Source: a virus. From it: a stretch of 64,000 nt of DNA. Both the position numbers and the translations under genes were made by a program. Positions 20,289 through 30,555 of the stretch are shown piece after piece (position 1 is the first letter of the stretch; each line of letters begins with the position of its first letter). The notes beneath the pieces were generated by a model. It was not told the origin of the DNA. It saw only the letters and a program-made list of their open reading frames with translations, and did no database searches. The stretch covers positions 1-64,000 of IMG/VR virus record IMGVR_UViG_3300040751_002893. One strand, given 5' to 3'.

Positions 20289-21110
20289 GTTTTTTTTAAA
20301 ACATTTTTCCAAACCTTCTTCAATGGTTACCTTTGGTTCCCATCCTAACTTCCGAAGTTCCGATATATCAGCCAATGTATCCTTGACATCTCCTAATCTT
20401 TCGGGTGCATGGTTCCAAATAACGTCATAGTTTTGATCAATAAAGTGCTTTATATGATTAAGTGATACCGAAGTACCCGAACCAACGTTAAACCCTTTTC
20501 CGTTAAAATTTTCTTCATAATTCATACAAAATATATTAGCCGAGACGATATCGTCAACATGGACAAGGTCTCTTGTTTGTTCTCCGTCTCCATCAATGCG
20601 AAGGGATTTTCCTTGCCTAATCATTTCCATCCAAGCGCAAATAGCTGTTGAATAAGAACCACCATATTCTTGATCTTCTGAATAGGCATTGTAATATCGG
20701 AGACATACTGTATCAAGACCATAGAGTTCTGAATATAAACGACATTCCATTTCGTTCATTAACTTATGGAGACCATATGGTGATTTGGGGACTCCATCTC
20801 CGTTACCATGAACTGCTGAAGATGAAGAGAATATCACTCGCTTAACTCCATGGTCTTTCGCCCACTCTAAAAGAACAGATGTTACAAGGACATTTTGTTT
20901 CATTGTGTACGCTGGCTTCTCAACTGAATAACCAACACGAGGACAAGCAGCAAGATGAAACACATAATCAAATGATTCATCTGGTAGACAATGGAGAATA
21001 TCCTCTCCGTCTTTGAGGTCGATACCATGGACGTTATGATTTTGTTTTTTAAGTTCGGAGAATACGTGACTTCCGATGTAACCTTTGTGGCCTGTTACTA
21101 ATATTTTCAT
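20271..21110 (-). CDS. NAD-dependent epimerase/dehydratase (extended SDR)
   Basis: ILVTGHKGYIGS, SSSAV, YGLHK, GDGEQTRDLVHVDD. Confidence 0.92.
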   Translation of the reverse strand: MKILVTGHKGYIGSHVFSELKKQNHNVHGIDLKDGEDILHCLPDESFDYVFHLAACPRVGYSVEKPAYTMKQNVLVTSVLLEWAKDHGVKRVIFSSSSAVHGNGDGVPKSPYGLHKLMNEMECRLYSELYGLDTVCLRYYNAYSEDQEYGGSYSTAICAWMEMIRQGKSLRIDGDGEQTRDLVHVDDIVSANIFCMNYEENFNGKGFNVGSGTSVSLNHIKHFIDQNYDVIWNHAPERLGDVKDTLADISELRKLGWEPKVTIEEGLEKCFKKNLTSNR

Positions 21111-21493
21111 TTTATTTTCTCCATAAACTTCATTGTATCTTTCCAATTTTCAAATCGATATCCTTTATCATCTATATAAATTAAAGCATGAGGTTTCCCC
21201 CAAGATACTTCTTTAATAAATTTATCAATCTTGTTTTCTTTTAACCATTCCCATATAAGCTGCTTTCCACTCTTTTCTTTTACCAAAGGACGTTCTGGGT
21301 GGCATTTGCAACTATAGATGACTATTTCATATCCCATGCCATAAAGAGTTTTTATAGATTCTATAGAATCAGAAATTGCTTCTCCATAAATGGTACCATC
21401 ATGATAGCCTAAGAAATGATTGTGAATTACTCCATCAAAATCTATAGCTATGGTTTTTTGTTCTGCTTTCGTGAATCGATTTACATACTTCAT
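21107..21493 (-). CDS. HAD-superfamily phosphatase
   Basis: IAIDFDGVIH...KP...YIDDK. Confidence 0.85.
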   Translation of the reverse strand: MKYVNRFTKAEQKTIAIDFDGVIHNHFLGYHDGTIYGEAISDSIESIKTLYGMGYEIVIYSCKCHPERPLVKEKSGKQLIWEWLKENKIDKFIKEVSWGKPHALIYIDDKGYRFENWKDTMKFMEKIK

Positions 21494-21494
21494 A

Positions 21495-22208
21495 CTAACT
21501 GCTTCTATCTTTAATAGCAGATACTCTATTATTTGCTGCTGTTATACCGATATTGTAATTAATATTTGTTCTTTTTAGAAACTGAACTTCAATACTAAAG
21601 GCTTCTTCTAATTGTTTTGATATTTTTTTATACTCCGAAGATGCTTCCATTATGACTTTTCTAGTCTCATATCTATCCAAAAGCATTTTTTTGTGCATAT
21701 CGATAACACAAGAGATACTGTTGGCATTAACAGATCCACCCATTGTTGTATTTAGATTATATTTTTTTGCCACAGTCAATGCTTTTTCTACTTGTTCCAT
21801 AACAATATCTGAGTCTACCATACTTTTTGGTAAGCCCATTGATAATGCTAAATCTGTTCTTCCAACAACAATGCCATTTATATGTTTATGATTTTCTTTT
21901 AAAATATCTTCAACATTATTAACAGCAGTTATTGTTTCGATATTTATATTTCGCTCATGGATGAAATCAGCCCATGGGTCAGTAGCCGTTATAAATTTTT
22001 TTGCTGCGAATTCGCTCTCTATCATGGGGGCTACAATGCACTTAGCGCCATAATTAATAGATCTTTCTATATCAGACTTTGCTTCGCAACCTCCAATTTT
22101 AAAGGCTAGGTTTATATTTTTTGATTTTGACAAAGATGATAAGATTTGAACTTCAAAGTCTCTAAGGCCTTCATCTTCATATGACCCTTTTAAAAATAAT
22201 ATACTCAT
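21495..22208 (-). CDS. HpcH/HpaI aldolase / citrate lyase family protein
   Basis: KIGGCEA, IVAPMIES, INIETITA, IVVGRTDL motifs. Confidence 0.8.
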   Translation of the reverse strand: MSILFLKGSYEDEGLRDFEVQILSSLSKSKNINLAFKIGGCEAKSDIERSINYGAKCIVAPMIESEFAAKKFITATDPWADFIHERNINIETITAVNNVEDILKENHKHINGIVVGRTDLALSMGLPKSMVDSDIVMEQVEKALTVAKKYNLNTTMGGSVNANSISCVIDMHKKMLLDRYETRKVIMEASSEYKKISKQLEEAFSIEVQFLKRTNINYNIGITAANNRVSAIKDRSS

Positions 22209-22930
22209 TCAATATTCTCCATTTTATTTTTTAAAAATTCTAGTTGCCACTTATCATCGACTTCCATACAAGTTTTCTGAATATATGGATATATATTATT
22301 CCCTAACCACTTATATGGTAATTTTCCTGTATTAGAAAAAATGTTTTTTCTTCTAGTTAGCCAGAATGATCCGTTAAAGAAATATATATCTCCGGCACTT
22401 TTTTTATCGTTTATCAGGTTATTGTTTTTATTTGCTATGATTTGCTTCTCTTCTAAAAAAGTTTCTATTTTATTATCTACTATCTTCATAGCTCTGAATG
22501 GGTTGAACATGTTAAATTTGGAAACACTTTCTACACTATCATACTGTGGGTTGTTTTGCAGAATATCTATACTTTTTTCTATATCATCAGCCGACATACC
22601 ACAAGAATTTCCTAATAAAATTAAAACATAGTCTACCTCTCTATTCAAAGATTCTTCTATAGCTTTTATTCCGTGTTTCATAGTCTCTTTGTGTGAAGAA
22701 TTATCTTCACAAAGAAAAGCAGGTCTATCAATAATTTGTACTTTATCTGGGAAGTCATATTTTTTTATAAATTGACAGTCTGTACTTATAAACACTTTTT
22801 CTACTGAGTTTGTTTTTAAACATTCCAAAATATTATGGTAAAACAATGGATATCCATCGACTTCAGTTATATTTTTATTTGGAACAGACTTGCTTCCTGC
22901 TCTTGCTGTTTGTAGCGCTACTATCTTCAT
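22205..22930 (-). CDS. Acylneuraminate/CMP-sugar cytidylyltransferase
   Basis: ARAGSKSVPNKN, FISTD, DRPAFL, NGSFW, EVDD motifs. Confidence 0.88.
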   Translation of the reverse strand: MKIVALQTARAGSKSVPNKNITEVDGYPLFYHNILECLKTNSVEKVFISTDCQFIKKYDFPDKVQIIDRPAFLCEDNSSHKETMKHGIKAIEESLNREVDYVLILLGNSCGMSADDIEKSIDILQNNPQYDSVESVSKFNMFNPFRAMKIVDNKIETFLEEKQIIANKNNNLINDKKSAGDIYFFNGSFWLTRRKNIFSNTGKLPYKWLGNNIYPYIQKTCMEVDDKWQLEFLKNKMENIE

Positions 22931-23592
22931 AAATCTAAAGACTCCTTTATGAAGTTGTCACATGTTATTTTTCTTTCTTTATAAATTTTTCGAAAAAAAA
23001 TGATTTGTTTATCAATGTCATGATTTTGCACCCTAGAAAACAATTCTCTTACTTGTTTTTCTGATATGCTACTGATTCCGTATTCATTCATATAACCCCC
23101 TTTAAAGAAGGTTATCCCACTTATATGTACTTGTTCAGGATTATATTCTAGACAATCTAGAATAGCAGTAAAACCAGTGTTCGGAATAGTATTTCTGCAT
23201 TCTTTCACATAATTCGTATACTTATGTGGATCCACAACAGAATAGTCTAAGCGATTTCTATTTAGTTCTTCAAAAGTCTTTATATTAGCCAACCAAGATG
23301 GTTTGATTCCTGGAGGGGAAATTCTTAGATGTTTGATTTCTTTTTTAATCCAAAAATCGATTTTTCTATGGTTTGTATTTGTTGAAGGATCTACAGCCAC
23401 AGTCGCATGCACAATATCTGTTTTTTCTCCAACAATATGCGGAATTTTTTCAACCAAGTCAATGCTTGAGTTTACTCTAATAATTGTGTCGAATTCATCA
23501 ATCTTGTCAGCAATTGGGTTTTGTTTTAAATAGGAAGCAGGTCCAATAATAATGATTTTTTTGTTTTCTATGAAATCTTTAAATATCTTCAT
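22927..23592 (-). CDS. GT29-like (sialyltransferase-like) glycosyltransferase
   Basis: IIIIGPASYL...IDEFDTIIRVN (L-motif-like), PNTGF (S-motif-like), ISGITFF, HDIDKQ (VS-like). Confidence 0.65.
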   Translation of the reverse strand: MKIFKDFIENKKIIIIGPASYLKQNPIADKIDEFDTIIRVNSSIDLVEKIPHIVGEKTDIVHATVAVDPSTNTNHRKIDFWIKKEIKHLRISPPGIKPSWLANIKTFEELNRNRLDYSVVDPHKYTNYVKECRNTIPNTGFTAILDCLEYNPEQVHISGITFFKGGYMNEYGISSISEKQVRELFSRVQNHDIDKQIIFFRKIYKERKITCDNFIKESLDL

Positions 23593-24169
23593 TTTTAAAA
23601 ACTCCCATAATACTCATGTTTTCTAGAAAAAACATCTCTTCTATAGACCAATTTGTGAATTTTTGCACAACATTTCTCAAAGTATAGGGGCTAAACCAGC
23701 AATTATGATCCGGATGTACAATTTCATGAAATTGTTTTGAATTCAAGTACTTAAAATGGTTCGAATAACACAAATAAGCATCCGGTACCGTTATTATTAC
23801 TTTTTTACATTTCACGCGTGATAAGTTGCTCAAAAACAGACCTATGTTATCAACATGTTCTAGGACTTCCGGTATTAACATAATATCAAATTGTTTATCA
23901 GCAATTTGATTTAAATCATCGTATAATTCTTTATGATTTAGAAGCTTGGACATTTCTTCAAAATTATCTGAGTTGGTATCCAGACCGACTAACTCACTGC
24001 ATACTTTGTCTAGATTCATATGAAGGTTTCTAGAATAATTTGTCACGGGCCAATCCATGCACCCAACATGTAGAACGCTTTTATCTTTACACATTTCAGG
24101 CAAAACAAAGATTCGATGATTTGAAATAAATTTATAATTTACTTCTGTTATTTGATGGTAGAAGCTCAT
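23579..24169 (-). CDS. Class I SAM-dependent methyltransferase-like protein
   Basis: VLHVGC, GLD, FDI...EVLEHV, ITVP. Confidence 0.75.
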   Translation of the reverse strand: MSFYHQITEVNYKFISNHRIFVLPEMCKDKSVLHVGCMDWPVTNYSRNLHMNLDKVCSELVGLDTNSDNFEEMSKLLNHKELYDDLNQIADKQFDIMLIPEVLEHVDNIGLFLSNLSRVKCKKVIITVPDAYLCYSNHFKYLNSKQFHEIVHPDHNCWFSPYTLRNVVQKFTNWSIEEMFFLENMSIMGVFKNEDI

Positions 24170-25239
24170 TGTTCTTTTCCTTTTATTAAGTTATAATATT
24201 TTAAGCAAACTTTTTCTGTTGAAAAGAAATCTTCCCAATCTTTTCTACTATTTTTACCCTCAACATGTTTTATCGATTCTTCTAGAAGAGTTGTTGTGAT
24301 ATCAAAATTACTTAGGACTTTTCCTCCGCCTAGTGAACCAAAAACGCCCGGCACTCCACCGCAAGGTGTCGAAATCCACGGTAAACCTGCGGACATAGCT
24401 TCTATTAAAACCAAAGGCAAACCCTCTGATAATGAGGGCATAAAATAAACATCAGAAATCAACAACAATTTATTGATTACGCCTTTGTTATTTGTTCCCT
24501 TTATTAACTTTATATTTTTTTGTAAATTATTTTTTTTAATATAATTGTTGCACTCTATAAGATGCGATTTTTCTTCTGCGTTCTCGCAAGATCCTAGTAA
24601 TACTAACGTATAATCTTTTTTTAATTGTGACTGTGCATATGCTTTTATAAGAGCAATTTGGTTTTTTCTAGGATGCCAACGGCCATGATTAAAAATGATT
24701 TTATTGTTTATTCCAATTAATTGTTTAGAGATTTTGTCTTCGATCTCTCCATTTTTAACATCCCAACTGAAATTGGGAATGTGGGTATACTTAATACCAT
24801 TTTCGTTCAAAAACTTATTAACAGGAGCATCTAGGCAGAAAGAAACAACATGTGTGAAGTTTTTTATTTTTTCAACTCTAGATTTCAAATCTGCTATCCT
24901 GCCTTCATGAACCCATCTATAAACATTCTCATCTAGGTTTAAAATCAAAATAGAATTGTTTATTTGTTTTAAATCTATGGTGCTCAATGGGGAGGAAAAA
25001 AGATCAGCAAAAACAAACACAGCATCATAGTGTTTTTCAGATATAATATTTGTTTTTGTAAAATCCATTCTTTGTATTTCGTTGATAACATACCCAAGAT
25101 CTCCTCGTGAGGAATCAGGTGATGTTAAAATCTCGATCTCATGACCTTGATCTCGAAACCACTCAGCAATACCTTTGCATAACATTTGAGTTCCGCCAAT
25201 CGATGGATAATAAAAATCAGAAACAAAGCCTAATTTCAT
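24166..25239 (-). CDS. Glycosyltransferase family 4
   Basis: YYPSIGG, GR..PRKN, PSLSEGLPLVLIEAM. Confidence 0.9.
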   Translation of the reverse strand: MKLGFVSDFYYPSIGGTQMLCKGIAEWFRDQGHEIEILTSPDSSRGDLGYVINEIQRMDFTKTNIISEKHYDAVFVFADLFSSPLSTIDLKQINNSILILNLDENVYRWVHEGRIADLKSRVEKIKNFTHVVSFCLDAPVNKFLNENGIKYTHIPNFSWDVKNGEIEDKISKQLIGINNKIIFNHGRWHPRKNQIALIKAYAQSQLKKDYTLVLLGSCENAEEKSHLIECNNYIKKNNLQKNIKLIKGTNNKGVINKLLLISDVYFMPSLSEGLPLVLIEAMSAGLPWISTPCGGVPGVFGSLGGGKVLSNFDITTTLLEESIKHVEGKNSRKDWEDFFSTEKVCLKYYNLIKGKEQ

Positions 25240-26462
25240 AGCATTGCCTCCAAATCGATAAGTTGTTCAACAGGGTCCGCTTCAATGACTTTATCACAAA
25301 ACAGTTTATGAAGTTTTTCATCAGAGAACTTATCATTAACCAAAGTCTTAAGTTCTTCGGCTCGTTCTTTCATTTTATCATAGCTTTTATATGCTTTTCG
25401 CAATGCCATTTTGTAAGAGCCTTGGTCGGCATATGCCCACATTGAATCTTTTTCCAATACACCGTTCCATACAGCATATTGTTGAATTGGCTGGAGACTA
25501 TAGTCGACACTGTTGAAGTAATCTTTACCATTATGATGTAGAAAGTCAAGTTGACCAGACCAACCAATTGTTGTAATTGGAAGTCCTTCGCGAGCAGCTT
25601 CAAATAATGGCAGACCGAAACCTTCACCATGAGCAATGTTAATCATACCTTTAATCTTATCATTATTATAGAGGCCAGTCATTTGACCAGATGTAAGGTC
25701 TCCATGCAACAAGTACACAGAACACTTTCTATCTTTGTATTCTCCGAGCATTTGCTTCATTCGCTTTTGAAGATGCTCCCAATCCATAACAGAGTTGGAT
25801 GCAATATTGGTCTTGATAACAAGTCCAACCTCTTGATCGATAAACTCTTCAACAAACCACTTCAACATATTATCGAAGTTCTTGCGAGGAGAGATTTGAG
25901 ATACAGCAAGGAAGTTGAAATCATGCTTAAGTTCCAAGCCTTTGATCTCTTCAGGTTCGTGACGCTCTGTATTTTCCCATACAACATCAACAGGAACATT
26001 AATTTTATAAGGAACTTTCTCTCCAGTCTGTTGATTGATTGCTTCCGCTACTGTATCGACAAGCGATGTCTTTGCATGGTTAGAAACAACCAATACTTTA
26101 TCCATTTCATTACACTTTGGTAACCACTGAGGAGAACACTTGTGCGTCTCAATACCAGCAGTATAACCAATGTTGATTGGAGCAATCTTTTGGAATTCAT
26201 TTGGAATTGTTATTTGTAAAGACATGTCAACTTGAAGTTGCTTTCGTTGAATAAGAACTTGAGTTAATGTGATTCTCTCATCCATCCATGTTCTAAACTC
26301 CGACTGTTCCCATACCCAGCCGGTCTTTCCCCAAGCAATGGGGAGAATATAAATATCAAACTCATCTTCTTGAGATTTCAATGCTCTCAAAGCAAAGCGA
26401 GCCTGTTCGCCATATCCTGATTGTGAAAGGACAGGGCCTCTTACTAAAATTTTCTTTTTCAT
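25236..26462 (-). CDS. Glycosyltransferase family 4-like
   Basis: SGYGEQAR, PRKNF, HGEGFGLPLFEA. Confidence 0.9.
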   Translation of the reverse strand: MKKKILVRGPVLSQSGYGEQARFALRALKSQEDEFDIYILPIAWGKTGWVWEQSEFRTWMDERITLTQVLIQRKQLQVDMSLQITIPNEFQKIAPINIGYTAGIETHKCSPQWLPKCNEMDKVLVVSNHAKTSLVDTVAEAINQQTGEKVPYKINVPVDVVWENTERHEPEEIKGLELKHDFNFLAVSQISPRKNFDNMLKWFVEEFIDQEVGLVIKTNIASNSVMDWEHLQKRMKQMLGEYKDRKCSVYLLHGDLTSGQMTGLYNNDKIKGMINIAHGEGFGLPLFEAAREGLPITTIGWSGQLDFLHHNGKDYFNSVDYSLQPIQQYAVWNGVLEKDSMWAYADQGSYKMALRKAYKSYDKMKERAEELKTLVNDKFSDEKLHKLFCDKVIEADPVEQLIDLEAML

Positions 26463-27727
26463 TACGCTACCTCCACAAATCGAACGCCATTGTAATTCTT
26501 TCTATTTTCCCATGAGCCTTCTTCTTCATGAATCTTATCCATAAAGTCAACCCACGTATTATTGAAAGTTTCGAAGTTATAATTCGTTTCAACATGCTTG
26601 CGGCCAGCCATACCCATCTTACGTCTTTCAACGGCTCCCATGTCGTAAATCTTCGACAATGCGGAAAGAAAATGGTCTTTGTTGAGACGGTCTTCGTAAA
26701 TATAAGGAACATCTTGGGACCCGATGATAGACTTTGAGGAGGGGAGGAGGGGGACTCCAAACATTTCTGCTCCGGAGATAACCTGTTCTTGTAGACCGCC
26801 CGTCATGTTAACAATAATTGGGGTTCCGCAAGAGAGGGATTCAAGTGTTGCAAGACCAAAGCCTTCAGCATCTGAAATATTAATAGTACAGTCAGCCATG
26901 TTATACATAGCAGCTAAATGTTCCGGGGGGAGCTTCTTGGTTGAAAGGAGTACTTGTCTATCATCAAGTCCCAGATGTTCGATAATGTGTGTGAGATCTT
27001 GACCGTGAGGGTCTTTGGGGTCTGTGTGCATAAGGAGTTGTGCTTTGTCGTGGAGTCCACGTTTATCAAGCCACTCTTTAAACCAGAATATCAAAGTACC
27101 AGATTGCTTTCTTCGGGCGTTTCTATTATTCCAGAAGAAAATAACCTTGTCTCGGTCAGACTCAGGTAAACTGTCTTTTCGTATATTCTCAATCTGTTCT
27201 GGAGTGTAAGGCTTGAACACCTTCTCATTGACAGCATGAGGAATATATTTTCGTCTTACTTCAGGTGCTGCTTGTCTTACAATATCATCTGTTAGTTTTG
27301 AGATAGTTGCAACAGCATCGTTAGAAATATAGAATTTTCGGTTGAACATTGGCACAGGATAGTTATCCCATACATGATAATAAACCATAGGCATGAGAGG
27401 GCGAATCTCATTTTCAATTTGCCATAACCAACCCCAGAAACGTGGATCAGTCATAAACCAGAGAATATCTGGTCTTTCGGTTCGGATAACGGAACGAATC
27501 ATTTCTTGTGTTCCATATCCATCGACAGGAATAATTTTCCAGTCTTCTCCATAAGGTTCAACTTTCTTAGGAGAATAGTCGTTGTGTTTGATTGCGCCTC
27601 CTAGGGAGACGATAGAATAGCGACCGGTGTTGAGAAGAGCTTCGCACATATATTTTGTTTGAGTCCCAACACCGGACGGGGACAGGGGATGGTCCGATAG
27701 TGTTAATACTTTAATTTTCTTTGTCAA
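26462..27727 (-). CDS. Glycosyltransferase family 4-like
   Basis: SGVG, NRNARRK, AEGFGLATLESLSCGTPII; TTG start with GAGG RBS. Confidence 0.9.
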   Translation of the reverse strand: MTKKIKVLTLSDHPLSPSGVGTQTKYMCEALLNTGRYSIVSLGGAIKHNDYSPKKVEPYGEDWKIIPVDGYGTQEMIRSVIRTERPDILWFMTDPRFWGWLWQIENEIRPLMPMVYYHVWDNYPVPMFNRKFYISNDAVATISKLTDDIVRQAAPEVRRKYIPHAVNEKVFKPYTPEQIENIRKDSLPESDRDKVIFFWNNRNARRKQSGTLIFWFKEWLDKRGLHDKAQLLMHTDPKDPHGQDLTHIIEHLGLDDRQVLLSTKKLPPEHLAAMYNMADCTINISDAEGFGLATLESLSCGTPIIVNMTGGLQEQVISGAEMFGVPLLPSSKSIIGSQDVPYIYEDRLNKDHFLSALSKIYDMGAVERRKMGMAGRKHVETNYNFETFNNTWVDFMDKIHEEEGSWENRKNYNGVRFVEVA

Positions 27728-27755
27728 GGTATACCTCTTTGTATGTTATATTATT

Positions 27756-27784
27756 AGTATAACATGTCTATCGGATGTTGTCAA
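27756..27784 (-). promoter_or_regulatory. sigma70-type promoter of glycosylation operon
   Basis: TTGACA-17bp-TATACT with extended -10. Confidence 0.75.
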
Positions 27785-27813
27785 GAAAAAAGTTAAACTT
27801 TTTTTATTTTTTT

Positions 27814-29337
27814 TTATTGTTGCTCGTACCAGTTGATTGAAACAGCGCCATCGATTTGTGAATTCGAAGTCTTGATGGCTATCAATAAATGATCACCAGG
27901 CCCGAAAGCAAAATTGTAGTCCAAAAGACTTTCTGATCTTCCAGACGCAGATCCGATAACCAACTCATAAAAAGGTAAACCAGATGTGGTTATGGTCTGT
28001 GTACCTGGGTTTAGTTCGGCATAAGATACAATACTATTGTTTTCGTCGATATATTCAAAGTTAACATCCCCAGATACTTCTGCATTTAAGAAAAAACCTA
28101 TTGTTAGAGTCTTATTATTAACCTCATTTGAACCAGCGATTTTGAGTGGGTCAAATTCTCCGAAACAAGATTCTCCATTAAAAACTCTATTCGCTTTCAT
28201 CATAACAAATGGCTTATAAACTTGACTGGTATTTACATTTGTAAAGTTACGTGAATAAGCAAATTTAGGATCAAGTTTGTAAAGATCTCCTTCGACATAA
28301 GCAGCCATTGAAGCAGTTCTAAGCTCAACAGAAGTTGTGCCTCCAATATTAGCAGAGGTTGCAAGTACATTGATGTTTGGGTTTTTAAGAACGGGTGTTG
28401 TTCTTGCATTAGCATTTTTAATCTCGTGGAATTGTTGAGGGCCTCCGGTTTCCGGATTCTCTATATAAAACTTAGCATTACCAAACCCAAGATATTGAAA
28501 ACCAATTTGAAACACATTTCCCATTTGTGGTTCAAATACCATTCTGCTTGGACCATTGCCATCAAGCGTATCAATATTGAAAGAGCCTGAAGGGATGAAA
28601 GTGTTGGTTTGTGCTTCACCGGCTTTTGTTTGAGAGAATGTCCCAACTATGCTATTTCCGGTAGCAGTGTATATGCCATCCATTAAACCAGATCTTGCAG
28701 AGATAAAATAAACAGAATCTCCGATAGCATCGGCCAGCCAACCACCATTCCCAACATTAGAATAATCATATAAAGAAAGTTGATAAGCGGTTTGAGAAGG
28801 GTCACTGGCACCGGTTACAGGTACGCTGATAGCACTGCTGTCTAGTGTAACTAAAACATCGCCTGTTCCTGCACCTGTTGTTATTGTAAGTTTTCGAATC
28901 TCTCTTTGACCATCTTCTGAATGAAGGATTCCAAAATTATTTCCAAAGTATCCAATGAAATATCCACACTCTGATGAACCAAGTCCAATAAACTGTGCGT
29001 TTCCTGCCGATGGTGTATCAAATAAAGCAGTCGCCCTCATCATAGAGCCTTGTCCCGGCTTATATTTAAGTCCTCGTCTCAGTTGGACGACAGCAGAACC
29101 AGAAGGATCAGTTCCAGAATCAAGAACAGCCATACCATCAGATACTGTTAAAGTTCCACCAGCGAATTGTCTATCAGAGAAAATTTGATTGTTGACGTTA
29201 AACACGAAGTCACCTTGAGCGACAGGTGTTAACTTTGCTGTTAGAATCTCACCAAATGTGCTTAATGGAGAGTCAATCGCAACACTCGTTGATCCATCCG
29301 CATTTGTTTTTTTCTTGCTTAAATCTGTAAAACCCAT
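27814..29337 (-). CDS. Probable virion structural protein (beta-rich)
   Basis: G/S/T-rich; LKYKPGQG, FQYLGFG motifs; start MGFTDL coupled to upstream gene. Confidence 0.55.
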   Translation of the reverse strand: MGFTDLSKKKTNADGSTSVAIDSPLSTFGEILTAKLTPVAQGDFVFNVNNQIFSDRQFAGGTLTVSDGMAVLDSGTDPSGSAVVQLRRGLKYKPGQGSMMRATALFDTPSAGNAQFIGLGSSECGYFIGYFGNNFGILHSEDGQREIRKLTITTGAGTGDVLVTLDSSAISVPVTGASDPSQTAYQLSLYDYSNVGNGGWLADAIGDSVYFISARSGLMDGIYTATGNSIVGTFSQTKAGEAQTNTFIPSGSFNIDTLDGNGPSRMVFEPQMGNVFQIGFQYLGFGNAKFYIENPETGGPQQFHEIKNANARTTPVLKNPNINVLATSANIGGTTSVELRTASMAAYVEGDLYKLDPKFAYSRNFTNVNTSQVYKPFVMMKANRVFNGESCFGEFDPLKIAGSNEVNNKTLTIGFFLNAEVSGDVNFEYIDENNSIVSYAELNPGTQTITTSGLPFYELVIGSASGRSESLLDYNFAFGPGDHLLIAIKTSNSQIDGAVSINWYEQQ

Positions 29338-29750
29338 TATCCTACTCCTGCTGAACCAGACCAATTGTTTGGTAAGTGTGATGCTGCAATTCCTGTTAGT
29401 CCGGCAATAACAGAGGCAGAACATTCAAATGTAGTCGAATCACTCAATAAATAAACCTTTGTAACTTTGAATTCTGCTTCAAAGCTTTCGCTATTATTGA
29501 GTATGCCATAGTTGTTGTTTTCAGCACCGTTGATACCATTAACAGAGAACCCAAAACGCAATGGAACATTTGGCTCTGAGCTTGGTAATGTATTTGTTAT
29601 AACAACAAAGCGAGACACTGAATCAAATGAAATCTCTAAAGGATCTGAACCTGTAACAGGCACATTTAGAGACGCTGTAAGAAAAGGTCTTGCGGATGTC
29701 TGAAATGATGGGACATGACCGAGACCATATGTATATTGAAAAGAAGACAC
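29337..29750 (-). CDS. Small probable structural protein
   Basis: GTG start; GLGHVPSFQTSARPF motif. Confidence 0.55.
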   Translation of the reverse strand: MSSFQYTYGLGHVPSFQTSARPFLTASLNVPVTGSDPLEISFDSVSRFVVITNTLPSSEPNVPLRFGFSVNGINGAENNNYGILNNSESFEAEFKVTKVYLLSDSTTFECSASVIAGLTGIAASHLPNNWSGSAGVG

Positions 29751-29790
29751 AAAAAAACCCTCGTAACTACTATTAAATAGAAACGAGGGT
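29751..29790 (-). terminator. Probable intrinsic terminator whose loop carries a CTATTTA late-promoter-like motif
   Basis: ACCCTCGT...ACGAGGGT stem followed by T run on minus strand. Confidence 0.5.
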
Positions 29791-29796
29791 GTTATT

Positions 29797-30555
29797 TTAC
29801 TTACAATGTTCTGTTTTATAGAACTCACATCCTTGACATGATCTTCGGTCTTTAACGTGATTCTGTTTTGATATATGTATGAGAGCCGTTGTTAGTAACT
29901 TTGTTGCGTTCTCAACCTTACGAGGGCCAGATGTGACACGAAAGATCTCAACGTTGTCTTTCTTGGCTGTTCTCTTCAAGAGAGCAAAATGAGTCTCAAC
30001 CAATTTAGGATCAATATCATATTTTTGACACCAGAATTTTTTATACAGAGTCAACTGATATGTGATATATTTATCAGATCGCTTTTTGGCATCCCAACCC
30101 CAAGAACATGTCTTCCAATCAATGATGTGAAATTTTCCATCAGATGTGCGAATTACAAGGTCAATAAAGCCTTTGAAGTTGTAACCAGTGTCACTATCCT
30201 TTACTTCTTCGTAAAGCTGTTCTTCAACGGAAAATACCTCATATTCACCGAAAATTTTAGTAAGTTGAGGCATGATCTGAGGAGATATAAGTTTTGCTTG
30301 CTCTCGCATCTCTGTGATCAACTTATCTTCTTCCATTCCGATAGCTTCAAGTTCTTTCTCAAACGAAAGGTTAAAGAAATCTTCGGGATCTTCAACCTTA
30401 TCATAAACGAGATTCTCACATAAAAAGTGAAGCGCTCTTCCGAACGCTGTGAATTGATTGCCTACAAATTTCTTTACACGGTCTTGGTAGGAAAGCTTTC
30501 GCTTGTATGGACATTCAGCCCACGTTTTAAGTTCAGAATAAGATATATGTTTCAT
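29797..30555 (-). CDS. PD-(D/E)XK (Cas4/RecB-like) exonuclease
   Basis: SYS...CP, FGRALH, GFIDL, IIDWKT, QL.LY, C-terminal CxxC...C. Confidence 0.88.
   Translation of the reverse strand: MKHISYSELKTWAECPYKRKLSYQDRVKKFVGNQFTAFGRALHFLCENLVYDKVEDPEDFFNLSFEKELEAIGMEEDKLITEMREQAKLISPQIMPQLTKIFGEYEVFSVEEQLYEEVKDSDTGYNFKGFIDLVIRTSDGKFHIIDWKTCSWGWDAKKRSDKYITYQLTLYKKFWCQKYDIDPKLVETHFALLKRTAKKDNVEIFRVTSGPRKVENATKLLTTALIHISKQNHVKDRRSCQGCEFYKTEHCK

Noticed and set aside
29797-30555. Cas4-like nuclease as sign of a CRISPR system
   Set aside because: Stand-alone PD-(D/E)XK exonucleases are common in phages; no array or other cas genes.
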